64,000 nt of DNA, taken from contig NMRA01000616.1 in NCBI GenBank assembly GCA_002633005.1, positions 109,259 through 173,258 of the forward strand. Reading direction: 5' to 3'. Made by a program: the position numbers and the translations under genes. Shown here piece by piece: positions 28,501 to 43,500 of the stretch (position 1 is its first letter; each line of letters begins with the position of its first letter). The stretch comes from Phoronis australis (Eukaryota > Animalia > Phoronida). The notes beneath the pieces are model-generated. The model was given only the letters and a program-made list of their open reading frames with translations, ran no database searches and had not been told where the DNA came from.

Positions 28501-31500
28501 GGTCTAATCCAATTTACACCAGGTTTAATTTGAAGTCACTTTCATGAAATCGGCTATTGGGGAATAAAATGTGTGACGTAACATAGTTCAAGAACACTAG
28601 GACCTACACTAGGACTAGTCGTGAGAAGGTCAGCACTGTTGCTAGTTGTAATGTTGTTTATGAATTTACTTGCCCCGCGTTCGAATGTTTTCGTCCTCAT
28701 GAGAAACAAAATAACACTGGGTACGCAGTCTGCTCCTTGTCGTGACAACTTTCAATACATTTGCAAAATGGCTCTATAAAAGACCATTTTCATAACGTTC
28801 ATGGTCGCAAATGAACTCGTCAGAAGATTGTTGACAATACAGTCATTCGCCACATCGAGAACAATGTACAAAGGTTACTATCATTAAAGTCACTTCTAAT
28901 AATGTTTGAAAAACCTAGTTTGAATGAGCAGCTAACTGGAACTCGAAGGACTCTATCATTATTTAGGCGATCTATGCAATATGATGCACAGCAAAGCGTG
29001 TGTATATGAGCGTGTGCTTGTAGTTTACATGCCAACTTCACGTGTTATATTGCATTTGTCATTTCTGATGTGCCTTTCACTCGCTTTGTAAATTACATGT
29101 ATGTTACCTACTGATGTCGATTGGATTTATTGCACTGTTGTGATGTAAAGACAAGATCTCTATTAGAGAGCTTGAAAGAACTGAAATTAAACTGGTAAAA
29201 ACAGAACAAAGTATTGTCTTCAATGAAATATGCATATGTGTATACATTGTGTATGAAAATGGTTTGTTTATGTAAGTATACATGTATATCATTGTAATCT
29301 TAACAACAGTATTTTAAATTACTTCTTACTACATCTCTTGTGGCGCTTTTCATTTGCCCATCTTACCAGAGATTAGTATTTTTTACCTTACTTATGTTTA
29401 GTCACTAGTACCTATTATTTGTAATTGTATTAGTCATATAACTGACCTTACTTGTAATTGTATTATCCATATAACTGACCTTACTTGTAATTGTATTATC
29501 CATATAAATGACCTTACTTGTAATTGTATAATAATATTAAATGACCTTATATCGCTTACCCCGGTCTTAGTTTCATCTCTCGTAACGAGCTTGCGACGCA
29601 CGAACTATTTATTATATATCATTCGGGACATATGTCGATCATAAATTTTTTTTGTTTCAGTGCATTTAACCAAGACACAATGCCTTTTGGCGCTTTTTGA
29701 GTATGTATTTATTGTACTGAATATTTCTTAATAAACATTAAAAAACAAGGTTTGAAATGGCTGTAAGATGGTATATTTTTATCACTTCAGATTTATTTCG
29801 TTGTAGGTATTAAAGGTCAAAAACCCCGCTGGAGCGAGTGCGTTTCACTCACGTTTTATGCCATGAAGTTTGCTCTTGGTTCCATGTATGTCAGAGAGGC
29901 ATTCAAAGACGACGTGCTTCAAAAGGTGCTTATAGAATACTTAAAGGGCATCATCGGTTTTACGGCCGAAAAAGGCATTGTGGGATTGTCGTTGGACGGG
30001 ATAATTTTATCTTTGACCAAAGTAATCAAACAAAGTCCAGGGAGGTATCTTTGCTATATTCAGACATATACTTAAAAGTACTCCGCTATGACACTTGGGA
30101 TTGGGCTTAGCGGCAGACAATTCAACCACTTTCTATAAAATCAAATGTTCTCGCCGGAAATGTCCCTTGAACCGTGTTTTGGTTATGTACTCCAAGCCCA
30201 TTTGGTCTCGTGTTATTGCACAAGCATTTTTCTCTTAAACAAGTATTCTTTTTGTGGAGAACAGCCCACTATTCCAAAGGCTAAGCACTCACAAGATCCA
30301 CTACTGGGATTATACATAAAATTGTGGTCTAGTGTGTAATTATTATACACGATATTTCTGTCATAAGACGCAATAGTGTACATACACTCCTCGACACCTA
30401 CATGAAGCTTTGAGCCAAGTCACATTTGGCGACTTTACGTTGAAAATCTCAGGTCGTCAAATGAAATCTGAGGTCGTCAGGTACCGCAGTCCGTTCTCGA
30501 AGACTTGCGTATAGCTCTTCAATGTAGCTAATGAAAGGATAAGTGAGATTCAGTTGTTAAAGCATTTTATTTTTCCTGTCAACAAACATGCTGTTACGCA
30601 GACGATCGCATACACTACAGGCGCGTTTCACCGATCTTGCCCGAATTTTGCGTAACAATTTCGACTTCTGTCTGTTTATTACCTATTGTTATTTAAACGT
30701 GTGTTTGATGAGTGCTGACTGGTGTGGTGACAAATGCACTGATTTCACGAATTAAACGGATCAATTATGAACCAAACGTATTTGAAAAATCTAGGAGAAC
30801 TCTTAGAAATTTAAAATTCGAAAGCCAACTCAAACTTTGAAACGATTTTTTGGAGTTATTGTCTGGGTTTCATACTTACAGAAGGGACATTAATGAATAA
30901 TCAACAACACGAGATGCACTCATCAAATCTAAGACCCAGATTGCATCATTTTACAGCCTGACAGAAAAGTCTATTTGCTGCGCATCGTATCAATTTCACC
31001 ATCCCTACCGCAGGCACGCAAATGGCCGGATCGCCGGAAAGTTCGCGTAGTAAGCTAGCCCAACCTCGCCGGTTTTCTCTAGCAGTGTACGAATACAGTA
31101 GTTATAGCATGACAGATCCACCTCACGAACAAACATATGTAGTTGTGACTGTCCAAGTAGTGAAAATTGGAGGAGTGAACCTTTGGAGTAATGTACCTTC
31201 GAGATACAATCTTGTGGGATTTCATGTGAGCCGTGTTCCCTTTCTATCACTTTTGAACGTGCGCCGAAACAGAAATTTTGACAGGTTGCCAATTGGCATG
31301 TGCCATTAGGATAAAGATAAAGGTTTTTTGTCGTAGTCAATTTTGGCAGGCGTACGCCACTAGCTATGTTGTAGAGTAAAACAATATGTGGGTTGCTAAT
31401 AATGGCAGTATGGCAATACTGAAATGGCCTCGAAACAGAAATTTTGGCAGGTTGCCAATTGGCATGTGCCATTAGGATAAAACTAAAAGTTTAAAACCCT

Positions 31501-34500
31501 CGAAGGATTTACCGCTCGACATGGCAAATGTTCAACGCTTTCTGTTTGCTCAAATTTCGACACCATCGGTTAATAAACAAGCCCGTAGGACTGTCGCCCA
31601 ATTCTTTTAAGTACGTAAATGTGTCTTTAGTTTTCCGAACCACCACCAAATTTTGGTGAAGCCTCCGATACCGTCCTACAGGCCTTGGGTTGGTTTGTGT
31701 TTGTTATTCACAGGCTCAAAACATTACAAGTAAAGTGAAAGCAGAATTTGTAGACAGAGTCCCAAATCTGCAGTGGTTGAGAAGGCCGTTGAAAAAATGG
31801 AAGAATAAGGTATTTGTAAAGATTTTAGAGTTCCTAGGCAAAATGGTCTCACGTACATAAAGAAAACATACAGCACTCTTCCGAAACAACTTTTGCAGTG
31901 CTCGTTACAGAAATTGCTCCCGATAGGGGTTTTGCCTTCATCAATGAAGGTAACTGTCATGCTTTTGCTACACAAACACATACTTTAGTTATACTGCTCG
32001 AGCTTGCTTTCTATTGATTGTAGGGGCATTTTCGTTTTCTGAAGCGAGCTTTGTAGTTCAGTAGCGAGCTCTCCATTTAGGGGGGCATGCGCGCTCTATT
32101 GTCTCAGCTAAGACGCTTGTAACCTCAAATTTAGTTTGCACGAAGTTCAGTTCACGTGGCACGTGAAGGATCCTGTTGAGTATGAGTGTGGAGATTGTGA
32201 ACATTAACGTAAGGTGCCAAGTTTCGATCTTATAAAAACTCAGCATCGCGCTTACAATAAAGTGCATTCGACCGTTTAATCTATGATTACATGTATGTAA
32301 AGCATTTGCAGGCGTTCTGGTGCACGGTGTATCAGACCGCTCAAATAGACTCATTGTCCAGATTACCTGGAACGACTTTGATACGCCCACATACATGTAC
32401 ATGTAAATGTGGTCGCATTTTGCCGTCATCTCTGTCCGCGCGTCTGTCCGTCAGTCTGGCTTCTGGCCTCCACTGCTGTATCTCCAATATCCCTTGAAGT
32501 ATGTTCATGAAATTTTGCAGATATTTTCTTTCATGAATGGGACGGCATGAGTGAATTGTCGGGCGGATCCGACTTACGGTGTATATTTAAATTGCAGGCG
32601 GTCTGATACACGTTTTACCAGACGTGCGCAGGCCTCGCGTGTGGGCCCATTGCACTGAACACCTGGTAATGTTTTTATGCTTTATTAATATATGGTTAAA
32701 ACCGAGCTGAGGAGCTAGAAACCTGGCTCAAGGGTTTAGCAGTGTGACGTGGTGGGACTCGAACCGACAACCTCGAGTAAAGAAAGTGGGCACTTATCAA
32801 CCAGGCTACACTGCCTCCTCCTTACGGTGTGCCCCTATTGGCAATTTTCTTTTTTGCGCTTGCCTCTGTATCTTTGGATTTTCTTGACGGCTTTTCGTGA
32901 AATTTGGGAAATATGTAGCTAGTTGGAAGACGCCACCTTCACTTTTCCGAAGGTATTCGACATATTTTGTGCTACCTTATGGCAATTTTTACTGTTTTCG
33001 AGTTTGTTGGTTGCCGTCAGGCCTCACCACCGGCCAAATCACTACTGTGATGACGACGAATTTCAGACGGTTCCAACTACAGTGGCTCCTCGTAGTAACA
33101 GTTTTATTTTTTGCGCTCATGGCTGTGACACAAAAGCCCTCCACGGATTTGTTATTCAATTTGGCAAGTTTTTTATGTATATGGCTATAACAAGAGGTGA
33201 CCTCGACTTTCGGATGGATTCAACAACTACTGTGCCCCCGAGATCGAATTTTATTTTTCCTGCTTTCCTCTGTTGTTTTCAGAATTGCTAGACGAATTTT
33301 TATGCAAGTTGGGAAAACGGACTTCTGTTAAAGAGACAGTTTCATCTTCACGTTTTCAGACGGATTTGACTTAGTGCACGCCACCTAGTGGACGTTTTTA
33401 TCATTTCTGGTATTTGCACATATATGTAATGTACATGGTGGGCGAGTATCAACGCTTCGCGCTGCTCTTTTTATGCTTTAGTAATATACTGTTAGACCCG
33501 AGCTGAGGAGCCAGAGACCTGACTCAAGGGTGTTGCAGTGTCCTCTTAGTCTATGACTAGGCGTGCGACCTTTGATAAAACAGAGTCAAGAGCAAAAATT
33601 ATTTGTAGGAGTATTTTCAGTGTTTTGGCGGCAGCCAATATCTGTCGAACGGTGGAGTAAAGGCTATGCTTTTTAAAGACGGAAGTTCTTGGCTCCGCTC
33701 TTACGTAATTAACCACAGTCCTCCCCAATATACCACTGGGTGCTAATGATTACGTGTGGAAAGTCAAGTGAAGCCGCGGGAATGTAGGAAAAAGGGAACA
33801 TCGGTTGGGAACATAGGGACGTGTAATATAGGGACTGGGGGTCAGCAGTAGGGAACCCGACTTTACAACTTAAAGTACGCGTCCAATAAACATGTACGGG
33901 GCTTAGAGCTCGTCTCGAGACATCATACATGTATAACCGCGTACTAAACATTTAGCCCACGCAGACACTAGGCTTTAAGCGCTTCTGGATTCAATTAAGA
34001 AGCAAAAACAGTAAATGGCTTTACTTTATGCAAAACTCCACTGAACCGTACAGTATTCTATCGGAGAATTTGCTGACAAACTCTGAAACAATGCTTTTTG
34101 ATTATATAAAGTTGAGTTCGGGCCACTTTACCAAAATAACGAAGGGTTTTTGACAAAAGTGGCAAATAGCAACGCGAGGAAGACTAAACACCGATATTGT
34201 CATTTCCCCCCGCCTTTGTCCAGGATTATCTGATAAAGACTTTACAAAGACTACTTCATGATGTAAAGGGAGCATATGCGGCGTAATATGTTAGGAGTTT
34301 TAATTAATGGTCCTGTCATTTCATTAACGTCACTGAGAGCAAACAAGAGAGATTGGGGGCGGTCTGATTCTTTTGCGCGTAGCAAACCTTTTTGTTTTAT
34401 CACATTGGGGAAGTTTTCGTTCGTTTCTCTGCACTGCCTACTTGGCTGCAGACTGGTTATAAACCCAGGTGCGCGGTACACCATCCCGAAGCATCCATAG

Positions 34501-37500
34501 GATATCAGCATACGTTCAGGTACACTGCAGAGCACTAGCTCATAACTTTGCGAGTCTGTCGGCATTTTCATTTCCGTGAATTTTCACATGGACTCTGACC
34601 CGGTGTATATTGGCAGTTCTTTCTTGTAAATCTCATTGCAAATAACTGTTAGCACAACGAAAGTTGGCTATTGGTTCCTTGATGGTTCGTACTGCTGCTT
34701 GACCAGCTCGGTGTTGTACTATAGCGTCAGTTCAGCAGCTCTATTAATTGTAGTGACCTCAGCCTTGAACACTGTTGCAAAATTGCCTAGCGCTACCCAG
34801 TTTCTGCGTCCGAAATGGGAGGCTTGGGAAATAGATTCTAGCACCCGACTGACCATTTCCCCGAGCTTAGAACCCCCGCTTGACAAACCACCCTATTCTT
34901 GTATTCTGTATTCAATAGATAGGATGCATATCAAAAATTTCCATGAGGAAATTGTTTGTATGGATATCACTAGACAAAGTTCGATAGTGCACAGTTTTGG
35001 CCATTTGGTTAGTACGCGCGCTTCTGTTGCTTCTAGTTCATGAGCCAGACTGCTTTTATTTACCCTGGATGTGCTTGATTGAACTTTTTCATTGTTGTTT
35101 TATGTTATCTTGGGATAGCTCATGATCCAGAGGAAGGGGTGATCGTTCGCAACCCTTGAACATTTTTAAATATACAAATTAACGCCGCCATTCTTCTTTC
35201 GTTCAAAATTTCCTTACCAATATTATTTTTGTTTTTTGACCAGTTTTTGCATGGTCAGTGAATTGTTAGTGGATGTATCGCGAGTTTGCATGTTATATGC
35301 AAATTAAGGCTGCTATTATTAAAAATTCTACTGTAGTATCAGTCACAACAGGTGAACTATTTTGATGTTTGCACTCATGTTTCTTATTTAATGAAATGAT
35401 AATAAAATTCGCTTTTATACAACATTTGCACCTTCAGCATGGAAACGCTTCAAAAATTAATTAGAACTATTTTACATAGTCTCACAAGAACCTTAAATTT
35501 TGCTTGTGAAAGTACTCACAGAATGTTCCCCTACAACTCATAGCGCACTGACTAGTAATATACGAGAATCAGAACACCGCCTACGCAGTCAGATGGTGGT
35601 ATTCCAGTTTTTACAAGACCACCACAGTGTCTGGACAGCGATATGATTGTCGTTTACGAAAATCGGTTACAATTCCCGTGGTTATTATACTCAGAAAGTC
35701 TTCTCGACATGGTGCTAACTTTTGTTTTTGAATTCAGATCGATTCAGTCGATATCTTCTTAGGATATCCAGCTTACATCAAAGACCCTAAAGATGTTGAA
35801 CGTCAGTACGAGACGGTAAGTTAATAATTGTACACAACCATTTTCAATCATTCAATAGCTACTGAAATTTACTTTTAAGGGTACACGCACTCTTATGAGA
35901 TGAAAACCTGCAGTGCTAGTGAAGACCTGGCGCAACACTGCATATCTGAATGAAGTCGTATCGACGGATCCCTCGAAGTGACACGTACTGATAAATATAT
36001 CAAGACTGCTAGTTACTTGTTGGGGGGAATGAGTTATTGGTGGATAGTTCTAAAACCTTCTCGATTCCCACGAATCCCTCGACCCACGACCCCCTCGACC
36101 CACGCTCCATAACCCCTTTGACCCACTCTACACATTCGCATCAGCTGTCCATTGTAATCCACAGAGCGACAACTTCCTCCTTTCCCCAGTTATCGGATAT
36201 GCGTGTGTGGGTGTGTGCGTGTGCGTGTGCGTGTGCGCGCACGCGTGTGTGTATGTGTGGACGCTCCTTTTAAGCTCGACTCGATCTGAACATAGAACAA
36301 GCACTGGATCAACGAGTCTGGCCGTGTGCTCGGCTGGCTTTCCTTGTTTTTTGCAATTAAGAGAGTCGATTCGGCAAGTTTGAAAGCCAAAAACAGAAAT
36401 GAAAGCTCTCGGAGGAGCGACACTTAACGAAATTAACCGAAAAAGAAGGAGATGAAGATGATGACGACGATGAAGATTACGACAATAAAGGTGGCGATTA
36501 TTGACAACGTGATAACATTCAAATGACTAGCGAGAATGTCGGAAATCAGTTAGAAATAGTCTTGATAAATAGAAGCTAAACCAACACCAGTGGAGCAAAG
36601 TCGGTCAACAAAGGAACAGCGTTATCAGGACATCTCAGATAATTAAAAAAGAAGACGGCCTAGCGAAAATTAGAAAACGTCTTCTGGACGCTCGTTCAAA
36701 ACGTTATGTAACAAGATAATTTCGCAAAATTCCTAACATTTTTCGAAAATATTAAATTTTGCATTTTTAAGATTGAAGGTCAAATAACTCAGAAACAGGA
36801 AGTCTGAGAGAAAAAAATGTTCGAGATCATTAGAAAGACTATACCCCAGAGAATCAACATGAAAATTCAGGACATTTTGTACGTTCAAAATGGCACCCAA
36901 GCACAACTGAAAATGGGTCAAAATGCGCCAGATCCGCCATATTGAAAGCGACATCTGGTTGAGCAGCAATCTATAATAGCTACATGTAGTCACAGGAAGC
37001 AAAATACATTAAAAATTTCGAAGGAATTGGTCTTACAATTCGCCTCTACAGAACAAATCTTTTTCTTCCCAAAATCGAGGTGCGCATGCTCATTTGCCGA
37101 TATTTCCGCCATCTTTAACCTGAAGTAAACAAATTCCAGAAAGTCTGTAGTGAACATTTTATGTAACTAATGTACTGATTTTAGTCGTGTACGTCAAAAA
37201 TTACGGCCTCTATGAGCATTTGAATATGAAATTGAAAAAATGGCCGCCATATCCGCCATATTGGATTTGATTATGACGGAAAACAATAGGCTTCCAGTAG
37301 TTCTAAAACTACACCTTGTATGTAAATTTCGTGAGCGTTGGGTGAAATTTGCGAACAGACAAAAAACGAGAGCGCTCCGAGGAGCGACACTTGGCGAAGT
37401 GAACCGACGATGGAAATGGTGAAGAAAAATGACGAATATGGTGGCGATGATGAACAATACGATCACATTCATATGACGAAGGACGATGACAGAAATCGGT

Positions 37501-40500
37501 AAGAAATAGGCTACAGTCTTACTCAATAGTAGGTAAACTAACAACACAGCAGCAAAATCGGTCAACACAGGAACAACGTTTTCAGAAAATCTTTAATTAA
37601 AAAACTGCAGCAGTGAAAAACGACAAACATATTCTGAAAGCCCGTTAAAAACTCTATATACACTTTATTTCAACGAAATTCGGAAACTTTTTCGAAATAT
37701 TTCAAATTTTGCAATTTTTTGAAATTCAAAAACGACAAGTCTGAGAAAAATGTTGTCACTGCACATTTGAAAGAATATACTTCAAGGAATCCACATACAA
37801 AAATTCACGTCGGTTGCTCTTCCCGTTCAAAATGTGACTGCAGAACGATTGAAAACCAATGAAAATGCGACAGATCCGCCATCTTGAAAACAACTTCTGG
37901 TTAAACAAAATTTTGGAATAGAGAATTACAAGAAACGAATACGTGAAAAGTTTGAAAGTGATTTGTTCGCCAATGCGCCTTCTACAAGAGAAAAAGTTTT
38001 CGGGCAGAACATGACAGCGTTCTGTCGTTCAGCAACTTTTCCAGACGTGAGGGGTTCTGAACATGCGATAACGTCTGGCTCCTTGTTAACTGCCCAGGAC
38101 AGTCTATTGTTCCGTATGACAACAAGCAGGCCAATTATCTACCTGGCTTCACTGGGTTACTGAAACCTGGCAGAATAGATTGTCTTAACTTCTGTTGTAG
38201 TTGGGCGATTTTGGTGATTCAAAAACTAAACATGATCAGCATTTGACAGGGAATTCAGAAATGCTATTAGTTTATGTTCAAAAACGTTATAACTTAACTT
38301 TCGTTTTTAGCAGCACAGCCCAGTCAGGCTGTTACTATCTGATCGGAGATTAGAGCAATTATCGACCAAAAGAGAGCTGGCCCTCCAACCATAAATGCCA
38401 GAGTGGAGTTAATCAGTCGGGTAAGATATTGGCTACAGGGGTAAACTTCCCAACTTGTTGTTGGGCTATAGAATGAACAAGTTGGGAGCAACGGGAAAAC
38501 GCCGTAATGAATTGGGGTGCGCATGTGCAATTGCCAGTATTTTCGCGCAATTGTAGTACTTGTCGGCTATAAAAATCGTACCAAGTTTCAGCCATGTACG
38601 TCAACAATTGCGGTCTCTATAAGCATTTGAATCTGAATTCGGAAACAAAATGGCCGCTACGTCCTCCATTTTGAATTCGGTAAACAATAGGCTTCTAGGA
38701 ATTCCTAGTCTACACGTCGCCAACTAAACATTAGTGTAAGAGCACACATACTTGGCTAAAAAAGTAAAAAAACAACGCGACCAAATCAAACCAAAGACAT
38801 ACCAACGTTACAAATGTCGTTCCTGGCAGAGTATAATCGTCTTGTCTGCTCTTCAGTGAATGGTAGATTCAAGCTTTTTCGGGAGAGTGCGAGGAACCGA
38901 CGAATGTGTAATTTCTTCAGTTAATACAGTTTAAAAAAACAAACTTTTAACTAAAATGATTATCTCAGTGTTCCATGGAATATATTGTAAACAAATATGC
39001 AACAGAAATTAAATAATAAAAATGTGAAATTGTGTGCGTACTCTCTCCCTAAGTTTAGTAGAACAGGGCCATTGGTAGCCGCTCGTGGAAGTATTTCCAT
39101 GACAACGATAGCACGCTAAAGCCACTTTCTGTTTTTATACCATCACTCTCGAGCCAGGGCAGATTTGCGTGTAGGTGAGTCTTGCGGAAAGTCATTCAGC
39201 GACGTAATAAGATTATGAATTGTTTAAAAAAGCGCAAAATACATCTATTGCAACAAGTCGCGGGTCGTGAGGGTTGTGGTCGAGAGAGTCGTGGGTCGAT
39301 GGGGTCGTGGGGTTTTAGAACCATCCGTTATTGGGAGGTGCTTTCTCGAGATGCTCTTCTTCACACAAATTGCTATCACCTGTACTGTATATGCAAAGTC
39401 AATGATGACAGGTAGAAATAATTGAAGTTACGGATGCAGTAAAGCCGATAGTAAATATTACACTATTTTGAAAAGTGAAATAAAAATAAATCATCACTTT
39501 ACCCTATTTTTTCTTAATTGAATTCTCCTCAAAAACAAAAACGTTTACTTACCATTTTTACATTTTAAGCCATCAACAAAAACTAATTATCATTACCATC
39601 GATCTAACTACATGTATCATCATTATCATCATCATCATAATCGTCATCATCTAAAATTGTTATACCATCACTATCAAACTCATTTTCACCGTCTGAATTG
39701 GCCCAAACCATTAATCCTAACACTTTCATGAACTCGCACAAATCGTATTCTTGCACAATTTTATAACACACTGCTTAACACTCCATTTTTAAACTGCTAG
39801 TGGTGGTGTGGAGCCTCTGCCCTCACTAAAGTGTTACTGTGGAATACAATGTGGGAATTCCTAGAGAGAAGAGGGTTGCGACCCTGAGTGCGGAAATGCT
39901 TAATTTACAATAAGCACAAGAGGAAACTTTTAGCAAGGACAATACCAATCACAATTGATTCAAATTCACCAATAAAACGAACAAACATTTCATGTCTTAT
40001 GTACATGTACATGCACGGATCAAATAATTTTAGAAGGTTTTTGCTCAAGTTGGTAATAGCTGAATCATGCTGGTAGATAGCATATGAAACCGTGCTCTAG
40101 CTGAAAGATGTAATGAAGTTTTGATTCAGTTCCCATCTCATCAATATCTTGTTTTTAGGATTAGAGCAAAGGCCCAAATGAACTGGTTGATATTGCAACA
40201 CTCCTTTCCTGCAATGTTGGATAATCAGCCATAAACAATGAATTAGATAACTGCTTTTCATTGAGGACAAAGCGTGCTTAAAATATAAAACTTATCTACC
40301 ACAGGTTCCTCTGAAAACAAATAAATTAATAAATAATAGAACAATAAAGTTGATAAAATAAAATTAATTTAACAGTCGTTATAATTTATAATTAAACATA
40401 TGTGATGACCCAGTACATACATTGTACACACGAGGCTGTTAAGAGTCTAGTGGAGTGAGAGATGACAGCGAGATATTTCAATGTTTTCAAAACCCATTCT

Positions 40501-43500
40501 GCTTGATATTCTGTGGCAAAAGGTCCCACTTCCTAACAAAATTAATCATAAAATGTTCACTAAACAACGTAGTTCTATACTGAGGTATAACATTCCATTC
40601 TAATATTGAAACTATCACGGACAAGAAGCTCCGGGCAGGAGTGGAAACACGTCGAGTACGTGAAAATAAGAGGTAGAGCGCTGGTGAAAATGACTGTAGT
40701 GATTATTTCCCGGGGGACTTGTTTACCTTGGTACAGGACCCTGTACTATGGGCCATATGAACAACAGAGGCCAACAACTACATCCGTTATGTTGTCCTAT
40801 CAAAGCAACATGTAACCAAAAGCTCTACTCTGCCATTATATTTGTTACGTGGCAATGTTAAATTGGGGACATAACAGTCAATATATACTGCATAATTATT
40901 AGACCCTGTTTTAGTAATCCAATGAACACATATATACATCGGAAGCTACTTGTCAATGAGTTCTCAGCTAAGACATCCAGCAAGTACTCAAATAAAATAT
41001 GTTTTTGCTAGTGTCTTGCTATATCCCCGAAAATTTTAAGTCGATACGTTAATGGCATAAATATACACATGTATTACACATTTTCTGTTCAGCAATTTTG
41101 AAGTATTATTTTGAATAAAATTACACTGGACTTTGCCTTGGAAAGTGCGGGATTACCGGTTCATACATGGGTTCATATTGTTTCGTCTTCACTAGAAAAA
41201 TATCGCGCTAACTCGTACATGTCTGTCATATAAGCGTATATTTTCTTTAGTGAGGGGTGAATAGAATGTGAACACCCCTTATGAAGACTGACATCATTTT
41301 CACCCTTTCAGTTCCACGGCACATACTTCCCTCAAGGATTTCTTACGGGGGACTCATTCTCGTTTTCAAATATTAATACAACCCCGGTAATCGCCTTCGT
41401 ATTGCATTCATGTTCTCTATTACTCCCTTGCAGACCTACCATGCATTACTAATGCCGAGCATGAAACTGCTGCTGTTCATTGTTTCCTGCTAAAGCCAAG
41501 TACCACGTTCTTCCATCAGAAATGAATCCAGAGCTCAAATCATTGACTTACAACAACTCACGTCGATAGTTTATGTCCAAATAAGTGCCGGACCGCAATC
41601 ATTTCACCGCAGGGAGCCTCCACTAACAAAAACACTTATTGTCTTACGATGGTCGACATTTCCTTATTCAGAAACGTAATCGACATAATAATTTGTACAG
41701 TCCGTGCAGATGCACTGATTGCACGTCGTAACTCCGTCTATTCCGACGCACGTTGACATTTTCTCTTGTCAACACCCTTTTCTCAGACTAATGTTGCGTG
41801 TGTTGGGGTATGTGGCGTCACGTGGGTCGGTTAATCTGATTGGTTGACTTAGTCTTAATGTTCAAATGTCCTGCAAATGGAACTGTCTCATTCCGCTGTT
41901 CTGAAAAGCCTGTGGTCCATCTGGTGAATCAATACGAATCTTTTCCCAAGCTGGACACATTCTTGGTATGGTCACTGAATCTGGTCCAAATTGTGTCACA
42001 ATAGTAGCAGACATTTTCTCACTAAACATTTCTACATGTATTTCTCATAGGACACTTTAGAATGCAAAATTTGAAACAACTTGCACGAGCAGTTGTATCT
42101 TGGTATCGTTTTGATGACGCCAGTCGCGACGTCACACAGCCCATTTCAAGGCAAAAGTAGTTCGAGAATGGATGCCGACTAGAAAGTCCAAACACGTTGA
42201 AAGGCACATTGTGTATGCTAATTATCATGTTATCTACTGATCAACTTCTATTTAATGTTGCAGTGACAAGGAATTTGATGGTATTTAGGTGTCATGCTTA
42301 ATTTTGATGATTACTTTTTTGTGTTTCAGCTCAGTGTTTCCGAACATCAGTTGTTCCAGAACTTTCTGAATGCTAAGAGGTATGACAATGAGCAACACGC
42401 AAGACGATTCCTTGAAAAAACGCCGAACAAGGAAAGGTGACTATTGGGGCGTCGCAATTTTTCTTAACACTTTACTCTCGTGTAATATCATGTAATGGAA
42501 GAGTACGGTTTCGTCCACCATTCGGGATATTTAATTAGTTAAATTAAATGACGCATTCTTTGTTCTTTCCTCATAAAAGTGGACGAGATAGTAAAATCGA
42601 AATAAATCGAATGTTTCCAGAATATTCAGGATTTCCACACACTGCTTTGACAGCTACACTCGTATCAACCTCGCAAGAATGTCGAGAAACTGTGATATCT
42701 CAGGTAGGAAGCTAGTAGGTCATTAGCCGTAGCAGCAGTCTTTTCATGCTGTTACCATGTCGGGAGGGCAACTTCCCTTTTCCTGTGTGGCTACAAATAT
42801 TTTAAGTTTAGCCTTTGATATTCCAAGATGTCGCAGCATTTTAATTTACACGTTTTTGTAAAAACTAGATATTTCAGTGCTCTCCTAAAATACCATTATT
42901 TAGGTAGAGCTGGCACTGTTTTCTCCCTCTTTACTTAATCAAGAGCTCAGAAATTAAGAAGGTTCACTAGGTATTATTCATAGCCATATTAAATCATGAA
43001 TTAAAGAAGCTGATACTGGTTTAATTATCAGCTTCCCAGTTCTGTTGATATCCATTAAAACAATGCATGCATTAGCAGATACTTTTTAAAATCAAGTCTC
43101 TTTTGAGTTTTTAAACTCAAAAAACTTAAACTTAAAGAGACCTGAACTACTGTACATGTTTCACTATTTTAGTATGCACTTTGAAGGTATAAAAGTATTA
43201 TTTTTGTCACTCATATCCTCTTAAGTAGGACACAGTACTTCTCAGGATTTTTGAAAAAAAAAACTACTTATTAGTTCCGTGAAGCGCCACTGTTAACACT
43301 GTTTTACCGGCGTCACTGAGACTGCACAGCACAATATATTCTGTATACAGTTTGTATTCAATAGCACGGACTTATGAGCCATTTTCTATCCTAACATACG
43401 TCCAACGTGCACAGGGACGTAGTCATCGTGCCGGTCCTTGTACAAAAAGCGGCATAATCTCTTAAAATTATTTTCTTAAAAATGAAATCAGCTGTTACGT

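Noticed and set aside
29419-29549. 33-bp repeats as a CRISPR-like array
   Set aside because: Head-to-tail units with no spacers, eukaryotic intron, no cas genes.
41312-41386. Exon-like block FHGTYFPQG...INTTP with AG/GT borders
   Set aside because: No M13 similarity; exons 12 and 13 already join colinearly with the family.
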